A DNA stretch of 64,000 nt, taken from the NCBI GenBank assembly GCA_037189525.1, contig JBBCJC010000005.1, positions 288,001-352,000 of the forward strand. The letters are read 5' to 3'. Source of the DNA: Gemmatimonadales bacterium. Lineage in GTDB: Bacteria > Gemmatimonadota > Gemmatimonadetes > Gemmatimonadales > GWC2-71-9. The notes under the pieces are model-generated. The model made no database searches and had not been told where the DNA came from. It worked only from the letters and a program-made list of their open reading frames with translations. The stretch's first letter is position 1. Every line of letters starts with the position of its first letter. This document shows positions 36,541-45,023 of this stretch, piece after piece. The translations under genes and the position numbers were made by a program.

Positions 36541-37513
36541 GGCGCCCCTCCTCTGCCTCTGCACTTGCCAATGCCTCGGAAGCCAACCGCAGGGCAGCGA
36601 CGGCATCGGTGCCCGTCCCTGCCGGAGCGCGCCCGGTCGTCAGAGCCGCCAACAGATCGCGAACGGCGTGGCCAAGGAGATCAGTCAGATCGCCGGCTGG
36701 GCATCCGATCGGCGCCAGTTCGGCAAAGCCGGGGAACGAGCGGCTGGGCACTGCCGTCCACGCCTCGAAACGGCGCCCCGATTCTGTCAAACGCACCCGG
36801 CCGTTCGAACCAATCAGATCGATTTCGAAGAGCGAGTAGCTGACATCGCGCACCCCACGTAGCGATCCGATCGCACCCGATGCAAACCGAAGCTCTGCAT
36901 CGATGGTGGCGTCGGACGCCTCCGGCTCGACGGCGCCATGACCCCGGATCTCCGTGATCTCACCCGCCAGCCAGCGCGCCAGATCCAGCCAATGCGTACC
37001 GTTGTGCTTGATCCCGCGAACGTAGACCCCATCCACCCGCTGAATCGCTCCGATCGGAGCGGACTCGAGCCACGCAGCCAGCGCGCGATGGCTCGGGGTA
37101 TACCGCCGGCTATAATTGACCGCCAGGACAATGCCGCGCTCCTCCGCCATGCGGACCAGAGACTCGGCCCGGTCCACGTCCACCGCCAGCGGCTTCTCGG
37201 CCAGCACGGCACGGACGGAGGATCCGGCAAGCACCTGTTCGAGCAGATCCGCGTGGGTCGCATCCGGAGACGCCACGCTCACGACCTCGGGCCGGACCGC
37301 CTCGAGCATCGAGGCGACATCCGAATAGAGGGCGTCGACACCCCACCGCGCGCCGGCCGACGCCAGCCGCGCGGCGTCGGGTTCGACCAGCGCGGCAAGC
37401 GTGACACCATCCGCTTCGCGCCAGGCGGCGGCATGCGACTGCGCCCCGGCGCCCGGAACACTCGCTCCGGCACCGATGAACCCGCAGCCGATCACCGCCG
37501 CGCGCATGGTCAC
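36521..37513 (-). CDS. Gfo/Idh/MocA NAD(P)-dependent oxidoreductase
   Basis: AAVIGCGFIG, VASPDATH, EKPL, VNYSRRY, HNGTHWLDL. Confidence 0.92.
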   Translation of the reverse strand: MTMRAAVIGCGFIGAGASVPGAGAQSHAAAWREADGVTLAALVEPDAARLASAGARWGVDALYSDVASMLEAVRPEVVSVASPDATHADLLEQVLAGSSVRAVLAEKPLAVDVDRAESLVRMAEERGIVLAVNYSRRYTPSHRALAAWLESAPIGAIQRVDGVYVRGIKHNGTHWLDLARWLAGEITEIRGHGAVEPEASDATIDAELRFASGAIGSLRGVRDVSYSLFEIDLIGSNGRVRLTESGRRFEAWTAVPSRSFPGFAELAPIGCPAGDLTDLLGHAVRDLLAALTTGRAPAGTGTDAVAALRLASEALASAEAEEGRHAVVGR

Positions 37514-38178
37514 GCCACGCCGGCCTTTTCGAACAGCACGACCTGATCGACGAGCCCGGGACCGCCGGTCGACTCGCTGTAGGGATAGAGCTGGCGTTCG
37601 ACCTCACGCAGCCCAGGCGCCGTCTCGAGGTAGCGCCGCGCAAAGTCCGTCTTCCAAAGCAGGCCGGTCTGTCCGTGATACGGAATCTCGACCGTGTCCG
37701 GCGCATAGTATTCGTGACACAGCACGAAACGACGGCTCACCCGGACGATCTCGGCGAGGGCGCGAGGCAGGTCGTTCGGATGGATGTGGATCAGTACACC
37801 GTGCGTGAAGACCAGGTCGTACAACCCGTCTGCAAACGGCAGGGCAAAGGCATTGCCCTGATGAAAATGATGATGCGGCGCCAGAGCCTTGGCCCGCTCG
37901 ATGGCGTAGCTCTGCGGCTCGAGGCCGTGCAGTTCGAGCGCCGGATTGGCCTTTTCCAGCAATCGCAACTGGAGGCCGATGTTGCAACCCACCTCGAGCA
38001 CCCGGCCGCCCGGCAGCCGATCCGGCCCAACAAAGCGGCGGTAGATGCTCGACTTGCTGACGCCGAATTGTTCGGCAAAGGCCGCATCCATCTCGTCCAG
38101 CGAGAGCGTATTGCGGTCGGTGTACTCCTTCCCGAAGGTCGAAGTCCAGGTGGACAGCTGCGCAGTCGACGTGCTCAT
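37510..38178 (-). CDS. Pseudaminic-acid-biosynthesis-associated SAM methylase
   Basis: WTSTFGKEYTDRN, LEVGCNIGLQL, GVLIHIHP, EIPYHGQTGLLWKTDFA. Confidence 0.88.
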   Translation of the reverse strand: MSTSTAQLSTWTSTFGKEYTDRNTLSLDEMDAAFAEQFGVSKSSIYRRFVGPDRLPGGRVLEVGCNIGLQLRLLEKANPALELHGLEPQSYAIERAKALAPHHHFHQGNAFALPFADGLYDLVFTHGVLIHIHPNDLPRALAEIVRVSRRFVLCHEYYAPDTVEIPYHGQTGLLWKTDFARRYLETAPGLREVERQLYPYSESTGGPGLVDQVVLFEKAGVA

Positions 38179-38921
38179 GCGATCCTCTCGCGAACGGCCT
38201 TTTGCCGAACATGGTTGTTGATGGTATGCAGTTCCGGATACCGGCTCATCAGCGTCAGAATGTCGTGAAGCGTGAACCGGGGGTCGATCGGATACAGTTC
38301 CTGATAGATCCGGGACACCAGCTCGTAGTCTTCCGGCGTATCCACCGTGAGTCGCAGCGATGACACCGACGGGTCGAGACCGCTGGCCACGTTGAGCAGC
38401 CGGTACTGGTCCGGATGCTGGTAGATGTAGAGCGAGACATGCTCCCGGTCATCCGGGTCGTCCGTCTGCATCGCCACGTCCGCCAGCACGGCGGTCGGAA
38501 ACACCTGAACGTCCATTCCCCGCGGGTACGTGGGCCACTGAACATTTGCGCAGTAGTCGACGTCATTGGTCGCGAAGGTCTGAATGACCTGGTCGATGAC
38601 GCCCGGATCGATCAGCGGGCAATCGGCCGTCGTCTCGACGATCAGTTCCGCCCCCGCCTCGGTGGCTGCACCGAGCACACGGGACAGCACGTCTTCCTCG
38701 CTGCCGCGATAGCAGCCCACACCGAGCGCACTGGCCAGCGCCACGATCGGCTCGTCGGCTTCGTGCACCGTCGTGGCTACCACGATTTCGTCCGCCAAAC
38801 GGACCCGCCGGAGCCGCTCGACCATCAGGGCCAGCATCGGCTGCCCCAGAATCGGCCGGAGCACTTTGCCCGGCAACCGGCTCGAGCGCATCCGCGCTTC
38901 GATCGTGATCACGGTTTTCAT
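38175..38921 (-). CDS. spsF: SpsF/PseF-type acylneuraminate cytidylyltransferase (first copy)
   Basis: IEARMRSSRLPGKVL, RGSEEDVLSR, TADCPLIDP, YPRGMD, REHVS, RLTVDTPED; ATG 38921 overlaps the pseI stop. Confidence 0.88.
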   Translation of the reverse strand: MKTVITIEARMRSSRLPGKVLRPILGQPMLALMVERLRRVRLADEIVVATTVHEADEPIVALASALGVGCYRGSEEDVLSRVLGAATEAGAELIVETTADCPLIDPGVIDQVIQTFATNDVDYCANVQWPTYPRGMDVQVFPTAVLADVAMQTDDPDDREHVSLYIYQHPDQYRLLNVASGLDPSVSSLRLTVDTPEDYELVSRIYQELYPIDPRFTLHDILTLMSRYPELHTINNHVRQKAVRERIA

Positions 38922-39985
38922 TGCACCACCTCCACCATCCCGTCGATCAGTTCCCATGAGAGCGGCGTCCCCCGCTCCACCGCGACCCGGGCGCGCTGCC
39001 CAAGCACCACTTCGCGATGCCGAGGCGCCAGCCCGAACCCGGGGCGGATCGACCGCACGTTGCGTTCGGTAAAGGGCGCCCCCTGCGCAACATCCTCGAC
39101 CACGTAGAGCGAACGCCGGAACGTGACGCTCCCCTCCTCCGCGACGCCGGCGCCGAAAGTGGGCCGGCCCAGCATCTGACTGGCCCGTCCGACCGCGTCG
39201 GCCAGGGCGCGAAACTCGTCCGGCTCGAGCGAGAAGTGGCTGTCCACCCCGCCCGCCGCGCGATCCAGCGTGAAGTGTTTCTCGATCATCACGGCGCCCT
39301 GAGCCACGGCCACGATCGAGGCAATGATCCCCATGCTGTGATCGGAGAGACCCACCAGGCCTCCGGTCAACTCGGCCAGCGCCGGGAGCGTGCTCAGATG
39401 CATTTCAGCATCGGGAGCCGGATAACTGCTGGTGCAGCGCAGCGTGATCAGATCGCGGGTTCCCGCCTCACGCAGGATCTCGACGGCGCGGCGGATCTCC
39501 TCCTTCGTCGCCATACCCGTCGAGAGCACGACCGGTTTTCCCGTGGCAGCCACTTCACGAAGCAGGGCGTCGTCGACCAGCTCGAACGAGGCGATTTTGT
39601 ACGCCGGCGCGCCGAGCCGCTCGAGCAGTGTCACGGCCGTGCTGTCGAAAGGCGTCGAAAAGATTTCCAGTCCGATGGACCGGGCCTCGTCGAAAAGGCG
39701 CTCGTGCCAGTCCCAGGGCGTATGCGCCTCCTGGTACAGATCGTAGAGCGTCCGGCCTCCCCAGGGGCCGTTGCCCGGCACAACGAACTCGGCCCGATTC
39801 GAACGGATCGTCAGCGTATCTGCCGTATAGGTCTGGAGCTTGATGGCGTGCGCCCCTGCTTGCTTGGCAGCATGCACCGTCGCCAGCGCGCGATCGAGGT
39901 CGCCGTTGTGATTGCCCGACAGCTCCGCCACCAGAAAGCAGGGGTGCCCCGCGCCGACGGTGATCCGCCCGATCTGAATCGTCAT
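38918..39985 (-). CDS. pseI: Pseudaminic acid synthase (NeuB family)
   Basis: AELSGNHNGD, IKLQTYTADT, KIASFE, GLSDH, IEKHFTL, C-terminal RRSLYVV...NVRSIRPGFGLAP; ATG 39985. Confidence 0.92.
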   Translation of the reverse strand: MTIQIGRITVGAGHPCFLVAELSGNHNGDLDRALATVHAAKQAGAHAIKLQTYTADTLTIRSNRAEFVVPGNGPWGGRTLYDLYQEAHTPWDWHERLFDEARSIGLEIFSTPFDSTAVTLLERLGAPAYKIASFELVDDALLREVAATGKPVVLSTGMATKEEIRRAVEILREAGTRDLITLRCTSSYPAPDAEMHLSTLPALAELTGGLVGLSDHSMGIIASIVAVAQGAVMIEKHFTLDRAAGGVDSHFSLEPDEFRALADAVGRASQMLGRPTFGAGVAEEGSVTFRRSLYVVEDVAQGAPFTERNVRSIRPGFGLAPRHREVVLGQRARVAVERGTPLSWELIDGMVEVVQ

Positions 39986-40446
39986 ACGCTTGCCGCCCGC
40001 CGATCGGCAAACTGCCGACGTCCGCCGACCGGTGTGAGTTCCTCCCAACCGAGAAATTCGAAGAGCCGAGTCGATCGGGTATTGCCGGTTGCAACCTCCG
40101 CGGTCAGCACCAGGCCGGGATGCACCGCCCGAACCGCCTCGACCCCTTCCACCAGCAGCGCGCGACCGAAGCCGCGGCCACGAACTTCCGGCGCCACCAC
40201 ATAGCTGAGTACCGCCGTCCGCCATCCGTCCTGACTCTCGAACCGGATTGCCCCGATCGGCTGTTCATTGGCGTTCTCGCCGATATAGATCAGCGCAGAA
40301 GACGACCGCAGGCGCCGGTCGAACCAATCGATGTGGCCGGCCCAGTCGATCACCGGACGCGCACCAGACGCCTCGCGAGTGACCGGATCATTGGCCCAGA
40401 GCCACAGGGCGTACGCATCGGCACGCTCCGCGCTACGAAGTCGCAT
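39982..40446 (-). CDS. GNAT N-acetyltransferase (PseH-like)
   Basis: LWLWANDPVTREAS...HIDWFDRRL...RGRGFG...GNTRSTRLF; between pseG and pseI. Confidence 0.75.
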   Translation of the reverse strand: MRLRSAERADAYALWLWANDPVTREASGARPVIDWAGHIDWFDRRLRSSSALIYIGENANEQPIGAIRFESQDGWRTAVLSYVVAPEVRGRGFGRALLVEGVEAVRAVHPGLVLTAEVATGNTRSTRLFEFLGWEELTPVGGRRQFADRRAASV

Positions 40447-41365
40447 GCACGGCCTCCTTCGAGGTCAGCAGTTCGATCAGCCGTTGCACCACCCGATCGG
40501 TACCATCCGCGACCGGTGGCAGGGGGCTGGGCACGGCGAGGAGCGCCCGAAGTTGGTGGGCAAGGAACTCCGCATCGACGAGCAGTGTGTTGATGCCCGG
40601 AATTGCCGCGTCCCGACCCCATCGATAGACCAGTCGCTGGTTTTCGGCCGTCATCAGCAGAATGACGGGAATGCCGACCGCCGCCGCCTCCCAGACGGTC
40701 GTACCCGCCGCCACCACCAGTTGGCGCGCATGCTGCGCCTCGTCCCATAGGCGATCGGCGGCGATCTTCCGCCACCGCGGCGGCGCCCAGTTACCGGTGG
40801 TCGCGAATTGCTCGGTGTCGAGCAAGGCGTCCAACTGGCGCATCGACTCGATCAGAACCGGGCTCGGAACTCCACCGCCCAGGATGACGAGGATTTCGGT
40901 CTGCCCCACGTTGCGCCAGCTCGGCAGGCCGTCGCGAATGGCCAGATAGTCGACGCCGGCCAGCACGGTGCCTGCGCTGTTTGGATACATCGACTCCGTG
41001 CTGTACGCGTTTGGATTCCAGACGACGTCATAGCCCCTCGGCACGTCGCCGTCCGCCGTATCGTCGACCAGAACGCGCAAGGCCGATCCGGCCCGCTTGG
41101 ACCAGGCAAACCGCGTTGCAGCATCATAGGTGTCGACGACGACCACAGCATTCGGGCCAAAATCGGTGCCCTCATCCGCGCGCTCGATGCCCAGGCTCCG
41201 GTACCGGTCCTGCACGAAATCGAGCTCGATCGCCCCGATCGCGACCGCGCGTCCTCCACGTCGCCGCCAGGCAGCCGCAAGCGTGCCGAGCCGCATGGCG
41301 TGCCCGGCGCCGGAGCGCCCGGTCGCATGGGTAACGAGGACGAGGGATCGATCGGCCGTCGTCAC
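40433..41365 (-). CDS. pseG: UDP-sugar hydrolase PseG/SpsG-like
   Basis: GAGHAMRLGTLA, VVVDTY, LVDD, ILGG, AAGTTVWE, AENQ. Confidence 0.78.
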   Translation of the reverse strand: MTTADRSLVLVTHATGRSGAGHAMRLGTLAAAWRRRGGRAVAIGAIELDFVQDRYRSLGIERADEGTDFGPNAVVVVDTYDAATRFAWSKRAGSALRVLVDDTADGDVPRGYDVVWNPNAYSTESMYPNSAGTVLAGVDYLAIRDGLPSWRNVGQTEILVILGGGVPSPVLIESMRQLDALLDTEQFATTGNWAPPRWRKIAADRLWDEAQHARQLVVAAGTTVWEAAAVGIPVILLMTAENQRLVYRWGRDAAIPGINTLLVDAEFLAHQLRALLAVPSPLPPVADGTDRVVQRLIELLTSKEAVHATS

Positions 41366-42528
41366 GATACGGTCTCCGTCCGCACGGCCGACGCGAGGAT
41401 CGTCACGACCCGATCGACATCGGCTTCCGTCATGGCCGGAAAAAGCGGCAGCGTCAACGCCGATTCGTAGTAGGCTTCAGCACCCGGCAGCGCCGTACGG
41501 CCGAAGCCGCGCTGCCGATAGAACGGCTGATGGTAGACCGGGATGTAATGCACGTTGGCCCCGATCCCCTGGCGCACCAGCTCGTCATAGATGCGGCGAC
41601 GGCGATCCGCCGGCACCCGCACCACGAAGAGATGATGCGCACCCTTCGAGCCGGTCGGGCGACGGAGCGGCGTCACACCCTCGAGCCCCTCCAGGCGCGC
41701 CTCGTACCAGTTTGCGACCGTGCGCCGGCGCTCGACCCACTCGGGCAGCCGCGCCAATTGCGATATGCCTAACGCACTCTGGAAGTCGGTCAGGCGATAG
41801 TTGAAGCCGAGTTCATGCTGTTCGTAGTACCAGGGCCCTTCCGCCGCGCCGAGTTCGCTCGGCTCCCTGGTAATCCCATGGGTCCGGAAGCGCTTGAGCC
41901 GTCGATACAAGGCCGGGTCGTTGGTCGTCACCGCCCCACCCTCACCCGTCGTCATCTGCTTGACGGGATGGAAGCTGAAGCAGCACATCAGGCTGTGCGC
42001 GCATTCGCCGACGCGGTATTCCTGCCCGTCCGCGGCTTTGTACCGGGCGCCGATGGCATGAGCCGCATCCTCGATCACGACCCAGCCCCGAGCCTGCGCA
42101 ATGGCGCTCAGCGCTTCGACCGGAGCGACCTCTCCTCCAAAATGGACCGGCACCACCAGCGCCGTGTCCGCCTCGGCCCGATCGTCAGCCGAATCGGGAT
42201 CGATCAGGCCGGTCGACGGATCGATATCCGCAAATCCCACTCGGCCGCCCAGATAGAGCGACGCGTTGGCGGTCGCGACGAAGGTGATCGGACTGGTCAC
42301 CACGCTGCGGCCCGGACCGATCTCCGCCGCTGCGTACGCCGCGTGGAGTGCCGCCGTCCCGCTATTGAACGCGACCGCATACTCGGCGCCTGTGAACTCC
42401 GCCAGCGCCTGCTCGAATCGGTCGACCAGCGGCCCCTGCGTAATGTGCGAAGCGCGCAACGCCTCGGTCACCGCGGCGATGTCGGCATCCGAGATCTGGT
42501 GCCGACCATAAGGGAGAAATCCGCTCAT
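41362..42528 (-). CDS. pseC: UDP-4-amino-4,6-dideoxy-N-acetyl-beta-L-altrosamine transaminase
   Basis: LPYGRHQIS, ITQGP, NSGTAALH, FSFHPVKQMTTGEGG, GPWYYEQHELGFNYRLTD; ATG 42528 (TGATG overlap). Confidence 0.93.
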   Translation of the reverse strand: MSGFLPYGRHQISDADIAAVTEALRASHITQGPLVDRFEQALAEFTGAEYAVAFNSGTAALHAAYAAAEIGPGRSVVTSPITFVATANASLYLGGRVGFADIDPSTGLIDPDSADDRAEADTALVVPVHFGGEVAPVEALSAIAQARGWVVIEDAAHAIGARYKAADGQEYRVGECAHSLMCCFSFHPVKQMTTGEGGAVTTNDPALYRRLKRFRTHGITREPSELGAAEGPWYYEQHELGFNYRLTDFQSALGISQLARLPEWVERRRTVANWYEARLEGLEGVTPLRRPTGSKGAHHLFVVRVPADRRRRIYDELVRQGIGANVHYIPVYHQPFYRQRGFGRTALPGAEAYYESALTLPLFPAMTEADVDRVVTILASAVRTETVS

Positions 42529-43508
42529 CAGTCGAGTCCGAGCGAACCGAGCAGGTCGCGAACTTCCGTGACACCGAGCCGCTCGGGATTGGTGTCGCTC
42601 CGGTATGAGAATCCTTCCGGCACCACGGTCCCCGCGCTGGTCACCGCATCGTCCCACCACGACTGCTGTGGCTGGAGCACATAGTGCGACCCCATGTCGA
42701 CGGTACGCCGCGCATCGTCTTCGCTGATCATCAGCTCGTGCAGCTTCTCACCGGGCCGGATCCCGATCACCTCGGTCCGGCATTGGGGCGCCAGCGCCTC
42801 GACCAGCGTCATGATGTCGGTCGACGGAATCTTGGGCACGAAGAGCTCGCCGCCATGCATCCGCCGGAGCGAATCGAGCACGAAAGCGACGCCCTGCTCG
42901 AGCGTGATCCAGAACCGCGTCATCCGCGGATCGGTAATCGGCAGGACACCATTGCGCCGCGCCTTGAGGAAGAAGGGGACGACCGAGCCGCGGCTGCCGA
43001 CGACGTTGCCATATCGGACCACGCTCATCAGCGGTCCGCGGCCCGCAGCGTAGGCATTGGCCGCCACGAACAGTTTGTCGGAGCAAAGCTTGGTGGCGCC
43101 GTAGAGATTGGCGGGATTGGCAGCCTTGTCGGTCGAGAGCGCAATCACCTTTTCGACCCCGGTGTTGAGCGCCGCCTCGATCACATTCTGGCCGCCCAGC
43201 ACGTTGGTCTTGATGCACTCGAACGGATTGTATTCCGCGGCAGGCACCTGTTTGAGCGCGGCGGCGTGTACCACCACCTGCACACCTGACATGGCGCGCT
43301 GTAGCCGCGACAGATCCCGAACATCGCCCAGGAAGAACCGGATCCGGCGGTCGCGGATCTGCTCCGCCATCTCATACTGTTTCAGCTCGTCACGGCTGTA
43401 GACGATGACCCGGCGCGGTTCATAACGCTCGAGTACCGTCTTGACGAAGGCGCGCCCGAACGAACCGGTACCGCCGGTGATGAGGATCGATTGACCTTCG
43501 AGAAACAT
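42528..43508 (-). CDS. pseB: UDP-N-acetylglucosamine 4,6-dehydratase (inverting)
   Basis: TGGTGSFG, SRDELKQ, AAALKQVPAAEYNP, STDKA, YGATK, RYGNVVGSRGSVVP, MTRFWITL. Confidence 0.96.
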   Translation of the reverse strand: MFLEGQSILITGGTGSFGRAFVKTVLERYEPRRVIVYSRDELKQYEMAEQIRDRRIRFFLGDVRDLSRLQRAMSGVQVVVHAAALKQVPAAEYNPFECIKTNVLGGQNVIEAALNTGVEKVIALSTDKAANPANLYGATKLCSDKLFVAANAYAAGRGPLMSVVRYGNVVGSRGSVVPFFLKARRNGVLPITDPRMTRFWITLEQGVAFVLDSLRRMHGGELFVPKIPSTDIMTLVEALAPQCRTEVIGIRPGEKLHELMISEDDARRTVDMGSHYVLQPQQSWWDDAVTSAGTVVPEGFSYRSDTNPERLGVTEVRDLLGSLGLD

Positions 43509-43511
43509 TGC

Positions 43512-45023
43512 TTATGCCCTTCCGGTATCCGAAGCCGCGACCTCGCGGCTTCTGCGGATGATCAGTTCCTGCTCGATCCGGCGACACACCGGACCCCAGT
43601 CGTTGGTTCCATACTCGCGCGTGAAAGCACGGATCGCCGGCAGCCACGGCGATCGCTCCTCGCCAAACAGCGTCCAGTCGGTGCCCGCATCCAGCTGCCA
43701 CGTCTCGGTCCCGATGGCGCCCGCCAGCGAGCTCACGGCGGTAGGCGCCGTGATGACGAGATCGAGATGCCAGGCGAGCGCTGCCACACTTTCCAGATCC
43801 TGCTTGAGATCCACCCCGGCCCAGCGATGAATCCGAATTCCGAGCCGCGCTTCGGCCTCTTCCAGCTCCGTACGACAGTCGTCGTACTGGAGGTTGACGA
43901 ACTCGACGCCGGGCACCCGGAGCACCGGAGCCAGATCGAGCAAGGTCGGGTAATAGCGACGCCGTTCCCCACCATTGAGGCCGCTGCGCCAGCAGAGGCC
44001 CACGCGGAGCGGACCGTTCAGTGCGCGCAGCCGCTCGGTCCAGTTCGCAATCTCTGCGGGAGCAGGAACGAGATGACTCCAGCGTGGACGGAAGGCCGTG
44101 CGAGAAGTGCGAAGACGCCCGGGCAGGTCACCAAGCGGTGCCTGGAACTCGAACGCCTTCGCTCCCCACTCGCCATGGGCCACGACCTCCACAGCCGGGA
44201 ACGACCGGGCGTAGAGGCTGACCAACCGTCGATCGACCGCGAGCGTCACCAACGCTCCCGCATCGATCAAATCCGGGACACAGGTGGCAAACAGGATTTC
44301 ATCGCCCACCCCCTGCTCACCCCACACCAGTATCCGCTTTCCTTCGAGCGACTCCCCCTGCCAATGCGTCCAGGGCAACGCGGACGGTCCGGGAAGCCCG
44401 GCCCGCGCCCATCGGTGCGCATATCCGGACCAACCGTCCGCCAGACACCCATCCGCCAGGTTCACGAGGCCGAGATTCCACTGCGCTTCGGCCCAGTCGG
44501 ACTTGAACTGGATGGCGCGCTCGAGCGATGCCCGTGCTTCCGTCAAACGGCCCAGCTCGCGTTGAACGTTGCCCAGGTTGAGCCAGACATCGGCCGCTTG
44601 CGGAGCTGCCTCTGCGGCTTCGGCAAACGCCTCCGCCGCGGCCACCAACTGCCCCTGTTTACGAAGTACGTTGCCGATGTTGAAGAGCCCGGTAGCCCGC
44701 CACGTCCCGCCCAACTCCACTGCCTGACGATACGCGACCATCGCCAGTTCGAGCTCGCCCAGCCCTTCGCGCGATACGCCAAGATGGAGCCAGGCATCGG
44801 CCGCCGAGGGGCGGAGATGCGCTGCAGCCTCGAATGCCCGCGCCGCCCCGGCCAGGTCCTTCGCCGCGCGCAGCAAGTGACCAAGGTTGAAATGGGCCGC
44901 GGCATGCCGCGGATCCGAAGCGATGGTCCGGCGGTACGCGGCAATGGCTCCCTGAGCATCGCCCGATTTCTGCGCGGCCAAGCCGCGGTCGAAGTCGGTC
45001 AGCGCGGGTGCGGCGGCAATCAT
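43512..45023 (-). CDS. TPR + GT-B glycosyltransferase, FlmG/FlbA-like (paralog 4)
   Basis: TPRs plus WQGESLEGKRILVWGEQGVGDEILF...NLQYDDC...DLKQDLE...APTAVSSLAGA; ATG 45023 (ATGA overlap). Confidence 0.85.
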   Translation of the reverse strand: MIAAAPALTDFDRGLAAQKSGDAQGAIAAYRRTIASDPRHAAAHFNLGHLLRAAKDLAGAARAFEAAAHLRPSAADAWLHLGVSREGLGELELAMVAYRQAVELGGTWRATGLFNIGNVLRKQGQLVAAAEAFAEAAEAAPQAADVWLNLGNVQRELGRLTEARASLERAIQFKSDWAEAQWNLGLVNLADGCLADGWSGYAHRWARAGLPGPSALPWTHWQGESLEGKRILVWGEQGVGDEILFATCVPDLIDAGALVTLAVDRRLVSLYARSFPAVEVVAHGEWGAKAFEFQAPLGDLPGRLRTSRTAFRPRWSHLVPAPAEIANWTERLRALNGPLRVGLCWRSGLNGGERRRYYPTLLDLAPVLRVPGVEFVNLQYDDCRTELEEAEARLGIRIHRWAGVDLKQDLESVAALAWHLDLVITAPTAVSSLAGAIGTETWQLDAGTDWTLFGEERSPWLPAIRAFTREYGTNDWGPVCRRIEQELIIRRSREVAASDTGRA

